Program-made: the position numbers and the translations under genes
The notes under the pieces: generated by a model
Told to the model about the DNA's origin: nothing
Seen by the model: only the letters and a program-made list of their open reading frames with translations
Databases searched by the model: none
Shown: positions 27,627-40,521 of the stretch, one piece after another
How positions within the stretch are numbered: position 1 is the stretch's first letter
Layout: each line of letters opens with the position of its first letter
Source: Cyanophora paradoxa CCMP329
Lineage: Eukaryota; Plantae; Glaucophyta
Length of the DNA stretch: 64,000 bases
Assembly: GCA_004431415.1 (NCBI GenBank)
Contig: QPMI01000290.1
Coordinates: forward strand, 1 to 64,000
Direction: 5' to 3'

Positions 27627-28328
27627 TTAGTCGATGTCCTGCGGGGGAAGCTTCAGCTGGAGTCGCATCGCGGTCGATGACAGCGCGCATACCGGGGCAT
27701 CGCGGGTCCAGCTGAGGTAGAAGGCGAAGATGGTGGTGAAAACACCCGCGAGCACGACAACGAGAGCGCTGCGAGGTAAGGCGCAGGTTAGTCGGAGCAA
27801 GGTGAAGCGTCAGACAACCGGCGGCGGACCTGTCGTTGATGCCGAGGGGGAGGCCCATGCCCTACGTCCGCGACAGACAGCCGGTCAGAAAAGAAGATGT
27901 AGAATGATGCGTGCCCTCTCGCACCTCAGTCTGCATAGAGCCCGAGAGAGCATCGACGGCGAAGGCAGCCTGGGCCGGGATCATGGCGGCGATGGTCGCC
28001 ATGGCGGCCTCAAGGGCCTTCAGGTTGTCCTTGTGGGACGCCTCAGCCGAGAAGCCGGCCTGGGCAAGGACGGTGGCCTTCACAGCCTCGACCTGGCGCG
28101 CAAGGCGGCGGTTAGGCTTTCGACGGCGTGCGATTTGCGCCGAAAACACTGCAATGCCAGATGACAATCTCGCGCGCCGGCATCGCTGGCAGGAGTGCGA
28201 ACCTGCTGGCCGAAGAACCGAGCGCGCGACTCCGCAACAGCGCGAACATCCTTGCGCTGGACGGCAGCCGAGGCAATGGCGAACGCCTGACGGGCGGCAA
28301 CGGCCGGGACGGGGACGATGAACGCCAT
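27627..28328 (-). CDS. psbW: Photosystem II PsbW (nuclear-encoded 6.1-kDa type) precursor with a bipartite plastid/thylakoid targeting peptide
   Basis: MAFIVPVPAVAARQAF transit peptide and a lumenal signal ending AQAAFA. The mature spliced sequence VDALSGSMQTE|GMGLPLGIND|SALVVVLAGVFTTIFAFYLSWTRDAP|DID* matches the PsbW STEGTGLPFG motif plus one TM helix. Confidence 0.85.
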
Positions 28329-29662
28329 TTTGCTCCTAACAAATGAGCCGACGAACGAGTCGACTCGGCGATATCTGGCTTGATGGTCGGCCACACGTAC
28401 CCGTGGCTTGAGGGGGTACCGGGAGCAGCCGCAACGTCGGCGCCCGGCCGCTCCGACATGCAGCGACGGCCGGCGCTCTCGAAGCGGACGAGCTGAATAT
28501 TGGCAGAGGCACCGTACCGAGCGACGGCGAAGAGAGCGCACCGCGCGTCGACGTCGCGCCGTTTCCGAGTTCGTTTCTTGCCACGCATATGGCCATGGCC
28601 ATGCCATGATGGCCAGTTGACCGTCGGACTCCGGGACCCCGCTAAGCTGCATGCTGAAGCCAGGCCTACGCACGTGCACACATCAGTAGAGAATTCGAAC
28701 GTGATATCGAGATGCCGGCATCGAGTACTAGTTCAACGGTTATCGAGAAGCTTAAGCTTAAGGATTGGACTGACCGCGCCGGCGCCGCGCAGCTGCATCA
28801 TGGTATGCGCAGGCCGGGCGAATGCGAGTGCCCGGCCCCGGGCCCCCGCCACAGCGCTAGCTGCAGTTAGACGAGAATTCGATTCGAAGACGACATGCAC
28901 TGCGCAGCTGATCATGGCCATGGTGGACGTCGGCGTCACGTCGCGCGATTATAATTAATTAATTATAATATTAGCTGTGTGCACGTGGATGTTGCCATAC
29001 CAATCCAGCCGAAATTAAAGCGGAGCACAGCGAGTGACTGGCGCGAGACCGGGCACGTAGGAAGTGCATTTTAGATGAGCAGAGATGAAAAACATTTTTC
29101 GACTCGAACGCTGGGGCAATAAGACGCCGGCCGGGCGCGCTGCTAGCTCGGCTAGCTCGCCGCGAAACTGGCCTTTTCCTCGTCCCGTTTGTATGACCAT
29201 ACATCTAGGAAAATCTTGTACCGCGTCCGCGAGAGACTGAGCATCAAATATGCATTTAGAGACGTACTAGCTCGTGTTTAGTGCTTCGGTCTCTCGCCAA
29301 TCGCTCCCCCTAGTTTAATCGAGCCGTACCGAACAGACGCCGCGTGCATGCATTGACCCCGTTTCTTGCAATTGACCCCGGCCGCGGCCGCAGGCCCCCG
29401 GCCCCTCAGGGGCCTACTGCAGCTGCGCTTAGCTTGCGCTGGACGCGCTGGTCCCGGAGTCGACGTCCAGGTCTGCGACTCGGAGAGGCGTTCTTCGAAC
29501 TCGGAATTCAGCTCACTCATGCCATGATGATCAGTGACGTCGACTGTCATTTCATCGAATTCCGCCGGGCCGAAGAAGATGCGGCATCTTCTTTTGCACC
29601 TTCCGAAAGTTCGAATTTGCCCAGTATACGTAGAACCGTTGAACAATACTTGAATAGTACCG

Positions 29663-31101
29663 TAGTTGGGGAAGGGTAAAACACTTCCCCTGTCCCTGTC
29701 CCTTGGGCCCAACCCTACCCCAAATCCCATTTCCCCGACCTCCGCAAAACCGGGGCCGCGCGATACACTCTGAAAGCGCATCCCCAGGGGACCCCGAAAC
29801 CATGTCTCCCGGTCCCGTCCGACCAAAGGGTGATCCAGGAACAGGCACCAACACCCGGGACAAAAATGGGTCCAGCGACGCACAGGGAGCAGATATACGG
29901 GCCAGACCAGTTCGAGGTCGTTGCGCGCATCATGTTCGACATTCCGTACTGCAAGAGCGAGGCCGGGCGCGAACGCGGTCGCGTGGGAGGACGCCGCGCG
30001 CGCTAGCCAATCACATTGGAGAGTGCGTTAACTTACCCTGCAAAAACCTCTTAAAGTACCCCCCCGGCCGCTTTCTCCCCCGGGCGCCGCAGCTCGGCTC
30101 GGCTCAACAATGGTTACGCCTCTCGCGCGCGCGGCAGTTTGCTGTGGCTCAGCGGCTAGCCGCGCCAGCCGCGCACGCTTCACCCGCGCCAACCGCGCCC
30201 CGACGCAATTGCACAAGCCGGCCGCAAGCCGGCCGCACATGCCACTTGCAACAAGCCGACGCCCGCGCGGCGCGCGCGCCGCGCGACGCAGAGCCCCCGC
30301 GCGCGCGCGATGCGCATGCCTGCGCATGCTGCAGCCGGCGCCGCTGATCATGAGCTGGCCCGCTGCGCCGCTTTCTGAGCGGAACGTGAGCTTGAGCAGC
30401 GTCCCCGCGCCCGCGCCCAGATCTCGCGGAGGCCTAGGCCAGCCCCTAGCTATATATAGCTATATAGCCACGCCGTGACGCACGTGCACCCGCAGCACAT
30501 GCGCACTCGTGCACCCGCCACGCCTCACGCGCGCGACGGCCGCGGGGCATGCGCAGCCTGGCAGGAGCGCTAGCTCGAGCACGTCCATGGCCAGACAAGG
30601 TTCCCTCCCCGGCCCCTTCCCAAGGCCCGCGCCTTACATAGCTATAGCTAGCTCGCTAGGCCCTGATCATGAGGCCTACCTCTAAGAGGACAGCTCGCCT
30701 CGATCGCGAGGACAGCCGCTGAGCTCGCCTGGCATGGCCAGCCTCGGCCGGCGCCGGAGCCGGCCCGGCGGCTCGCCCGGCCACCGCGCGCGCGCCTTCT
30801 TAAGCTTAAGCTTAAGTCCCTGCAGCTGCCCTCTGCATCTACATCTTGGATTCGCCGAGGTTAAATGCCCTTCCCCGGACCCAACTGACGCGCGCGGCAA
30901 GTCAGTGGCCCTTTTATACACGGTACACGGTCTCCCGGTACACGTTTCTGGACTCCTAGAGACATGCATATGCCTTGCTAGGATCCGGCGAGAAAACCCG
31001 GGTTTTGGGAGGTCGGGACATTTCATTTTGGCCTAGGGTGGGCACCCGAACACCCCCAAGTGGGGAAAGCCTTGAAGGGGAAGGGGGTCCTTCCCCAACT
31101 A
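29663..31101. mobile_element. Putative non-autonomous DNA transposon (MITE-like) of about 1.44 kb
   Basis: Terminal inverted repeat tagttggggaagg (29663-29675) / ccttccccaacta (31089-31101), whose outer TA may be a target-site duplication. Imperfect subterminal inverted repeat cccgacctcc(g)caaaacc. No transposase ORF inside. Confidence 0.6.
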
Positions 31102-31488
31102 TACTATGATAGAATTCGATTTTTAATTCTAGGTGCCTCAGGGCTCCGGATCGTTCCGCCGCGGCGCCTTTTCTTCACGCCGATCCTAACTTAGTAGTAG
31201 TAAAATATGGGTCTGCCCTGCCTTCCTAAGCCTGCCCACGCCCGGCCCGTGAGACGGCAGCGGCCCGCCTCGGCGCCTTCATGTCTTCACTCCGTGTGGA
31301 CGTTTCGTGAAAACGCATTCCGGTGATTCAGTCGTTTCCTGGAGAAGAGTGCAAGCTCGAGAGTGACCAGAAGGGGAAGGTCGAAGACAGGAAGCTAGGG
31401 TGCAGGACATGGGAAGTGGTGGACGGGACGATCGCGAGAGAGGAGCTGGAGGGGGTGGGCGGGTGCGGGTCCGCGGGGAGCGCCCCGA

Positions 31489-34400
31489 CTACCTGGGTTG
31501 CCTGGGCTTCTTTGGATTCGGGGGTGGCGCTGGGAGGGCGCTGCCCTCGTCGCCGTCGAGGTCAATGACACTCTGCGCTGCCGCCTGCCGGCCCCGCCCG
31601 CCGGCCTTCGGCTCGCCCCGCTTCGCAGCCTCCTCGCTGTGTTCCGCCGCGCGGTTCGGCCGCGCCTGCCCCTCGGCGGGCTTGCCGCCGCGGTCCTGCT
31701 CCGGGTGGCGGCTTGCGAAGTGGTTCTGCTCGTCGTACTCGCTCGCCTTGGGGCCCTCGTCGCCGCTGCTGAGGTCGTCCACTCTCTTGGCCGCCTCCTC
31801 CGCCCCCTCGCACTTGCGCTTCCGCGACGCCGCCCCCGCTGGGCGCGTGATGTGCGAGTCCATCGTTGACTGCCGCGGGTCCGCCGCCCCCTGCCGCCCG
31901 CCGCTCGAGCCCAGGGCACCCTTGCCGTTCGCCTTGCCGCCGCGTCGAGATGCGTCGCTCGGGGCGCGAGCGGCGGGGGCTGCCCGCGGCGCCGCCTCCC
32001 GCCCGGGCTCCTGCTGCCGCTCCCGCTTCCCCCGCGGCCAGCGCTCCGCGCCCGGCTCCGCAGACGAGGCGTCGGCTGGGCGGGGCCGCTTGGAGGGCCC
32101 AGCGCCGCCCCGCGAGGTGCCGCCGCCCCGCCCTCGTCCTGCCCGTCGTCGTCGGAGAGGGAAATTGTCTCCTTTTTGCCGGGCCCCGCTGCGGCGCCCG
32201 CCGGGACGAGCCCGAGCTGCTCCCGTCCTCGTCGTCCGCGGCCTGCCCGCCCCCGCCCGCGCGCCCCGCGGCTGCCGGCGGTGCGGCCGGCGGCGGCGGC
32301 GCGGCGGCCTCCGCGTCGCCGCTCTCTTGGCTGGCGGACCCCGACTTGCGGTACTTGCGGAGCCTGTGCGCCCCCTTCGGCAGCCGGGGGGATGCTGCGG
32401 CCTCGCCGGAGCTATCCCCCGTGCCCTCGGCCCTCGCCGCCTGCTCCTCCTTCCCCGCATGCGCCTCCGCCGGTGGCGGTGCCGCCTTGGCCGCCCCGGC
32501 GCCCCGCCGGCCCCGCGCCGGCTGCATCTCCGACTGGGCTTCCGCTTTGTGCGGCGCGGCGCTGGGGCCGGCGGCGCTCTCGTCGCAGCTGGCGGACGGG
32601 CTGATGGCCACGACGACCTCGTCGCTCTCCACGGCTGCCGCCTGACCCGACGCGGCTTCCAGCTCCGCCGCGTCGCGCCCCGCCGCCTCCTCCCCCTCCT
32701 CGTCCCGCCGGCGCCCCTTCTTTCTCACGCGCCGACTTGGTTGGGCGGCCGTCTCCTCCTCGTCGACCGACGGGGGCACCTCGCCGCTCTCCTCGCCCGC
32801 CCCCGCCCCCGCCTCCGGGCCCGCCCCCGCGCCCGCCTCCGCGCCCGCCTCCGCCTCGCTGCCCTCCTCCTCCCCCGCATCCTCCTTGGCGGCAGCCTGC
32901 TAGGCGTCAGCTCTCTCTTCCACCAAGACGGCTCGAGGGGCGCACGGGGTTGCTCGGGAGCCAGTCGGGTATCGGCGGTGGCTGTTGCTTCAGCGACTGC
33001 CTTCCCCTCAGATTGGCCGGGAAGAGTATGGGGCGGCGCCTGCTCGGCGGCCCAGCCGACGAGATCCGGCTCTCCTGCAATGCTGGCACGAGCTCCTCGG
33101 TGACTTCGTCCTCCTTCTCGTCCGCGCCCAGCTGCGCCCCGGCAGGGGCGGCGGGCGGCGCCTCCGGGGCCTCCTCGCCGTCGCTGGCCTCGTCGGGGCG
33201 CAGGTCGTCGGGCGGGTGCGGGCCCTCCGGGGGGGGCGCCGCCCCCGCCGCCCCCTTCCCGGCCTCCCGCTCCACGTTCGCCGCGCCCTCGCCCCGCACC
33301 CCGCGCTCCGCCGTCCGCGCCGGCGCTTTCGAGAATGTCGGCGTCTCTAGGACATCGTCGTCGTCGTCCTCCGGCGACGCCTCCCCGGCCGAACCCGTCT
33401 CGAAGCCCTTCAATTTGATCTCCTCCTCCTCCTCCTCCTCGCCCTCCTCCTTCTCCTCACCCGCCATCCGCTTCGAGAGCGGCGCCGTGGCGAAGCGGCC
33501 GCCCTTGGCGCCCTCGCCCGATTCGCCGTCGGAGCTCAGGTTGACGGTGCTGTCGTCCGCCCCTGCCGCACCCCGCGACTCGCCGGCGGCACTCCGCCGG
33601 GCCGCTCGCTCCGCCCGCCCGTTGACCTGCTCTTCCTTCTTCCTCTTCTTTGACAGGTGCCCGAACTTCTGTGCCGCCTTGTTCTCCGTCGTGACGCGCC
33701 CCGCCGGGCCCGCACCCTCGTCCCCGCTCCCCGCAGCCGCGCCCTCGCCGCCGGCCGCCCCGGCTCCGGGGCGCGATGGTGGCGCGGAGGGCTCGGGGCT
33801 GGCGTCGGCGTCGGCGGAGACGTCGATGAGGGAGGGGTCGGGGTGGAGGCTCTTGAACTCGTCGTCCACGTACTTGGCCGGCTCCGTCACCTCCAGCTCC
33901 AGCCGTGCCGTCTCCTCAGCGCCCACCTGCACCGCCCCCGCCCTCACGCCTGTCCCGCCCCGACTCGCGCGCGCCGGCTCCGCACCAGCTTCACAATGAG
34001 CGCCTGGATCGCCGACCGCTTGCGCATGATGTCTTCCACCGTGAACCAGTCCTCCTTCTGCGGCGCCGCGGGCGTGAGAAGGGAAGGGGGGGGGGGGGGG
34101 GGGGGGGGGGGGAGGACGCGCCCTGAGGGCGAGGGTGCCGTTCTTGCCGCGGAGGGTGGGGACGAGGGGCTCCTGGAGGAAGCGCTCGATGTACTCGAGG
34201 ACGAAGACGCCGCAGTCCGTGAAGTTGTCCTGCTTCGGCACCTGCCCCGCCCGCCTCACGCCCCGCCCCCCGCTGCCGCTCCCCGGCACGCCCCGCGCGC
34301 ACCTCGGCCTTGATCTTGGCGAAGAAGGGCCCCGGGCGCCGACCCGTGGCAGACGGCGCCGACGCGGCGGGCCCCGAGGCAGAAGCATCAGCCGTGCCCG

Positions 34401-37400
34401 CGGGGGCGGCGTCGGGAACGTCCGAGGCCGCTTCGGAAGCTGGCGGCGCGGGGCCGGCTGGCACGTCCGGGGCCGCGGGGCCGGGCGGAGCAGGGGGAGC
34501 CTCGAGGGGATTCGGGACCGGCGAGGCCCGGAATCGGTCCTTGTCTTGCCACGCCTTCCTCAGGTACCTGGGGCGGATTGTCGGGGCTGGAGGGCGGCGG
34601 GGCTGGCGAGCGGGGGAGCAGGGCGGGCGGGGCGGGCACCCTTCGATCATGGTCTGGGCCGCCTGGTTGGGGGTCCCCATCGAGCACAGGTACATGATGC
34701 AGGCGCGGTCGGCGGCGTCGAGCTGCCGCCCGTCCTTCGCGAAGGCCCTCCCCGGGTGGCACACAATCGCCAGCGCCCAGTGCACGCTGCGGGGCCCTCA
34801 GCCGCCGCCCCGGCGCGGCACCGCCGGCGGCCGGCGCGCCTCTCGTGGACGGGGATGAAGAGGTAGTCGAAAGAGAAGATATCGGCCTTGCGCGTCCACT
34901 TCCGCACCGCCTCGTAGTTCCCCTGCGCGCCCCCGCCCTGCCCCGCGCTCAGCCTCCTGCTGGTGGCCGAGGCCGGGCGGGGCGGGGACCTGGCTGAGGC
35001 GCTTGTAGAAGAAGGCGTTGAAGAAGTGGAAGCGCAGGGGCCGCTCGCCACGGTCTGCCCGTTCCCGGTCCATCCGCGGCAGCACCTCCACTTCGATGTA
35101 CCTGCCGCGCCGCGTCAGGCGGCCGCCGGTCAGCGGGGCGGCTGGAGGGGCGCGGCGGGCGGGCGGGCGCGCTTGAGGTAGAAGTCGATGACGTTGTCGT
35201 TGAGCATCTCGCACGGCTTCAGCAGGTTGAAGTCCTTCTTCGTCAGCGCCTGCCCCCGCCCCGTCTCTGCCAGCCCCGCGCCCCAAGCGCCCAGCGGGGC
35301 GCGTACCACGGCCCCCTTCTGCCCGGGCGGGTACAGCAGGATCTGGACCATGTCCGGTTCCGAGGGCGACGCGGCGCGCCTGGAGAGCGGGGTCGGCGCG
35401 CGTCAGCGGCGCGGGCGGGGGCGCGTGCGGGGCGGGGCGGACTTGGAACCCGCGTTCGAGGGGCCCGCGCTGGGTGCCGGCTCGGTGTATCGCGCCCGGT
35501 CCTCGTCCCTGCGACGCGTCACGCGCGCCGGAGCGCCGTCCGCGCGCAAACTGACCTCAGGCTCTCAGATTTGCCGAGTGTACGCTCGATGGACTGGTCG
35601 GAGCAAAGCTCTTCTATCATTCGCTTGACAGTCGGATGCATGTCCCAGGGGAAGATGAGAACAATGCAGTTCTTCTCAATCTCTGCGACAGCGCGATGAC
35701 GCGTAGAAACGGACCGCAAGTCGACCAAGCTCACCCTTTGAATCGAAATCGTAGTACGGCACAAACTGCTGCTCGCCACAAGACGCCTGCGCTCCCGCGT
35801 CAGCGAGGCAAGCAGCGGGCACAGGGACCGCAGGGGCGCGCCGCGCTGTCGACGCTGATCATATCCCGGATGGCACGAATGACGATGAACAGGTGCGGCG
35901 CCGTCTCGTATACCTGGGGCGCCCTTCGGACAAGCGCAGACAGATTCCTAGAGATTGTCAGGTGTCGGACCTGGATGTAGGATATTGCGTTGAAGGGGAT
36001 CTTGACCTTGTCGGTGCCGTGCTTGCTGCACGAGCGGCGGTGAGCGCAGGCGGGAGGGCGGGCCGGCGTGCCGCACTTGCTGGGGACGGGGATGTTGAGC
36101 TCGATGTCCTGCGACACGCCGCCGTTGACGCGCACTTCGAACGGGCGGTCCACCCACCAGGTCCCGATGCGGCCCAGCGTCGGCCGAAAGCGCGGCATGT
36201 CCCCGAACTGGCGGGCCGGCCGCGTCAGCCGCCGCGGCCCCGCGCCCGCCGCTCGTCGCACCTTGGCGGGGGAGGCCTGGAGGAGGGGCGCTGGGGCGGG
36301 CTTGGAGCTCGCGGCGGGCGCCTTCTCCTCGTCCGACTCCAAATCCACCACGTCGGGCGTCTTCGCAGCCGGCAGGGCCCGGCCCCCCGTCGTCGACCGC
36401 CCCCCGCGCCCCCGCCCCCCCCGACCCGCGCCCCCAGCAGCGCCCCCGCGCTTCGGCGCTGCCGCTCCCTGCTCCTGCGCTGCCTGAACGGCCGACGCAA
36501 ACAGCACCCTTGGGGCCTGGGTCGACTGCCGAGGCGGCGCGCCCTGGCTTCGTGAGGCTTCTGGGCCGTTCGCTGCTCGGGGGCCGTTCACTGCTTGAGA
36601 GGCTGATGCGCCTGCCGAGCTGCTCGAGGAGAAGTTCCAACGCGGCCTGTCGTCTTGCTGGGGCGGCGCCTGCTGAACCGGCGGCGGTGCCTGCTGGGGG
36701 GCCGCCTGCTGACCTGTATCGGATGTTTGACTCTGCCTGCGGCGAGCAGCCCAATACTCCTTCTCATCGTCTAATGTGTGCTTGCTTTTCCCTTCACCTT
36801 GTGGTGGCTGCTGGCGGCCGGCGCGCTGGCTTGTTCCGGAGGCAGGCTGTAGGTGAAGGGTTGTTCGAATTTTTTGCGATTGTTGGGTGCTGGAGACTGG
36901 CGGTGGGATGCGCTGTGGTTGTGGAAGATTCGGACCTGTCCCGCGCAGCGCCTGCAGAACGTTAGGCCGGTGGACTCCGCCGCCCCGCAGCGCAGAGGGC
37001 GCACCGGCTTTGCGCCGACGAGAAGTTGCGTCAACTTATCAGCAGCTTGCGGCGGACGACCCGGTGCCGATGACGGTCTTGCTTGTGCAGTCGACCCGGA
37101 TGAAGTGTGCCCTGTTGAAATCTTCGTTGTTGAACCAAACATCCCTCCGCTCGAGTCTGCCCCGCAGTCAGCAACCGGGAGATTTGATGGCGAGGAAAAT
37201 CGGATACCGCGAGGGGCGGCGTGCGGAGGCCCTCCGGCGCTTGACGCGACGCGCTGACCAGGGCCGCGGTGCGCGTCGAAAGTACTCCGTTGCTTTGATT
37301 GTGCATGATCGGGTTCCTGCGCTGAATTCACGAGCGAACGAGCCCCGACGCCTACAAGTGTGTGCGGACGGCAAACTCGTATTCAGATGGCGACTCCTTG

Positions 37401-37728
37401 AAGACTGACTTGTAATCCCGCTGCGCCAACAGAGCCGAGCCGCGTCGCATATCCTCTTGCACTCTGCTGGTCTCTTGAGCCCTGGACGTAGCTGCCCCAC
37501 GTCCCCCCGAAGGCTGCGGAGCACGCTGCTTGAGCACGGTGCAGTGCACATGTGAGCACCGCCGCATCGCACCTCGGGGAGTAACTCCACTACGTCCTCT
37601 TCCACGGTCGCCTGCGGCTGGTCGTCTCCCTGCGCGAGCGGTCAGCGGAGGAGCGGATGGTGCCACGCACAGACACGTACATCGCCTGTTTTGGCACTCC
37701 TGCGTTTCGTATCGCGCTCCTTTCCCAT
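31489..37728 (-). CDS. ULP2/SENP6-7-like SUMO protease (peptidase C48) with long disordered flanks; may extend by one more exon to about 31285
   Basis: LLKPCEMLNDNVIDFYLK, FHFFNAFFYKRL, VRKWTRKADIFSFDYLFIPVHESVHWALAIVCHPG, VPKQDNFTDCGVFVLEYIERFL; candidate ATG at 37728 (MGKERDTKRRS). Confidence 0.9.
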
Positions 37729-38400
37729 GGCTGCCTGCACGAGCGCGGCGAACGCCGGTCAGCGACGGCTCTGGGCGCCTGCTCCGGCGCAGCTTACTTC
37801 GAACCGGATCTCAGCGTGCTTGAGCGGCTGCGGTCCGCTGCAGCGTTGTTGGTGCGATCGGCACCTCAGGCCATCAATTCAAACGAACGCGCCGCTGCCA
37901 CTACTGCCGCGTGCTGCGTCTGCCGCACCGCTCTTCTTGTGCCACCTCTGCGTCCCTGCGCTCGCGCTTGCCAGCGCGTCTGAGAAAGCCGGGGATTTTG
38001 TACCCCGCTCGAAGTGGCCCCCCTTGCTGGTTGGGCTCTGCCCTGTTTCTGGCCTCGATGGTTGAGGCGATCTCAGCTACCTAGGCGTAGCTGGACGCAA
38101 CTTCGGGCCGACCCCGATCGCAGCCCGAGTCGCCGAGATGCATCGGTCCCGCGCGTCGGGCTCGGGATCCTCTCGCCCGTCCGCGAAGCACAGTTCGGGT
38201 GCACAGAAGCCGTCGGTGCGTCCATTTTGACATGCGATCTATCCTGCGGGCTGCTCATCAATGCCTCTATACCAATCCAGGCGACAATTCCTGCAAGCGG
38301 CCACCGGTCGGAAACGCAGCCATCTTCTGTAGTATCACAAGCTTCAGCCTTGCCGCTGGCGCCGGTCCCCGCAGCCAGATTCGGCAACGAAGGGGGAGAA

Positions 38401-40458
38401 ATGCTGGTGTGCTGCACGAGCGTGGTGAGAACAACGAGTTCCGACGATCGGCCCGACGATGAAGATGATAACGACGTGGAAGATCTCGTCGCGGAGGAGG
38501 CGGAAGTTGAGGAAAGGTCGCTCGCTGGGTCAACGCGCAGCGCGGGCACGATGCAGCAGTCGCCAGAACACTCAAAGGGCCGGCTCTCAGCGGGAACGGG
38601 CAGGAGGCGCGGTCGGCCGGCCACCAAAGTCCGCTCCGACCAGCCCCCGCGGCCTCAGAGTGAGCCACGCACTTTGAAGCACTCGACGGTAATCTCACGT
38701 GCACGCGGCGCTCGCGCCGCAGATGCGTTCATCCTATTCAGCAACAAACGCCGTCCTGAGCTGCGCATGCAGTATCCGGATAAGCGCAACATCGAGCTCT
38801 CGGTCATGCTCGGCGACGAGTGGTCCGCCCGCCGTCCGGGGGCGCTCAAGGCACGGCGTGCTGACGGCGAGACGGCCGACGCAGGAAGCAGCTCACGGAG
38901 GCAGGGCGGCAACAGTACCGAACGGAGGCGGGCCGCATCCGGGAGGACTTCAAGCAGAAGAACCCAGGTGCCGCCGCCGCGGGGCGCGGCGCGCGGGGCG
39001 GGCGAACGCTGACTTCTGGGCAGACTTCAAGTATTTCCGAAACCCGCGGCTGCCGCGCCCGATCGGAGTCGTCGTCCAGCGGGGCGCCCCCGAGGGCCCC
39101 GACTCGATGCTCGCTCCGCTCGACGCCCCCCAGCAGCCCGGGGCACCGCCCCACGGAGGCCTTCCCCACGGCGGCCCACCCTCCTCCAGCGCTTTCTCGC
39201 CGCCCCGCGGCCCATCGCACCACAGCGGGATGCCGCAGCCCCTGCGCGGAGCCGTCCCCGTAGCCCAGGCGGCCCTTGGCCTTGCGCAGGGCGGGGCCTC
39301 GCAGCAGCAGCATACCCAGCAGCAACAGCAACAGCAGCAGCAGCAGCAGCAGCAGATGCAGACGCAGCAGCAGACGCAGCAGCAGACGCAGCAGCAGACG
39401 CAGCAGCAGCAACCGCCGCCGCAGCAGCCTCCGCCGCCGCAACAGCAGCAGCAGCAGACGCTGACGCAGCAGCCGCTGCCGCAGCAGCAGCAGCAGCAGG
39501 TGGGGGTGGGGGTGGGGGCGGGGGCGGGGGCTGGACTTGGGCCGTTGTCGGAGCGGGACGCGCGGGACGCGAAGAGGGCGGCGGAGGCGAACCCCTTCGA
39601 CCCGCCCGACAAGCGGCCCCGCATCCCCGCCTTCCTCACCCAGCGCGCCGCCCTCGACGGGCCTCAGGGCGCCTCCTCCTCCCTCTCCCCCGCCTCCTCC
39701 TCCTCCTACCCGCAGGGCCAGCAGCCGTACGCGCCCCTCCTGGGCCAGGCGCGGCCGATGGAGGGCCCGGGCTCTGTGGCGGCCGCCTATCCCCACATAC
39801 CCAACCCGTTCGATCCGCCGTCGTGGTCCGGCCCTGCCGGGTCGGCCGGGGAGAGCCGTGGCGGGGGCCAGCCCAGCGGGCCAGGGTCCCAATCGAGCTC
39901 CGCCTCCTACGGGCATGCGCAGCAACCGCGCGCTTCGTCCGCCCAGACCTCACCACAGGCGCCTGAGCCCTTCTCTTTCTCGCCGGATTCCTCAAGCGCG
40001 TGCTGATCCCTGCACAGGGTTACCCAATCCAGCCGGGCGGGCAGGCCCCGCCGCCGCTGTCACTGCTGGTCCCTTCGATTTTAAACGCACCCGAGCCGTA
40101 TAGAGGGGCAAACTCCCATGGAGCGGAGAGAGGGCCGACGCCGCCTCCCCTGCGGCCGCCCCAGTTGCAGCAGCCGCAACAGCAGAGCCAGCAGACGAGC
40201 TACCCGCAACTCCAGCTGCAACAGCAGCAGCTTCTGACGCTGCCGTTCCCGGGCTCGGCGCAGTCCCTCCCTCTGCTGTCGGGGCAGGGCTCGCAGGGGC
40301 CGTTTGGGCCGCACCCTGCGCCCCAGCAGGCCCCGCAGCAGCAGCCTTCGACGCATGCCGCGGGGCACTTGAAGTACGACTCGCCGTCGCAGTTCCAGCC
40401 GGCAAACGCACCACAGCCCCAGGCATTCCAGCAACAGCCGCCCGCACCTCAGTCGCAT

Positions 40459-40521
<63 letters not shown>

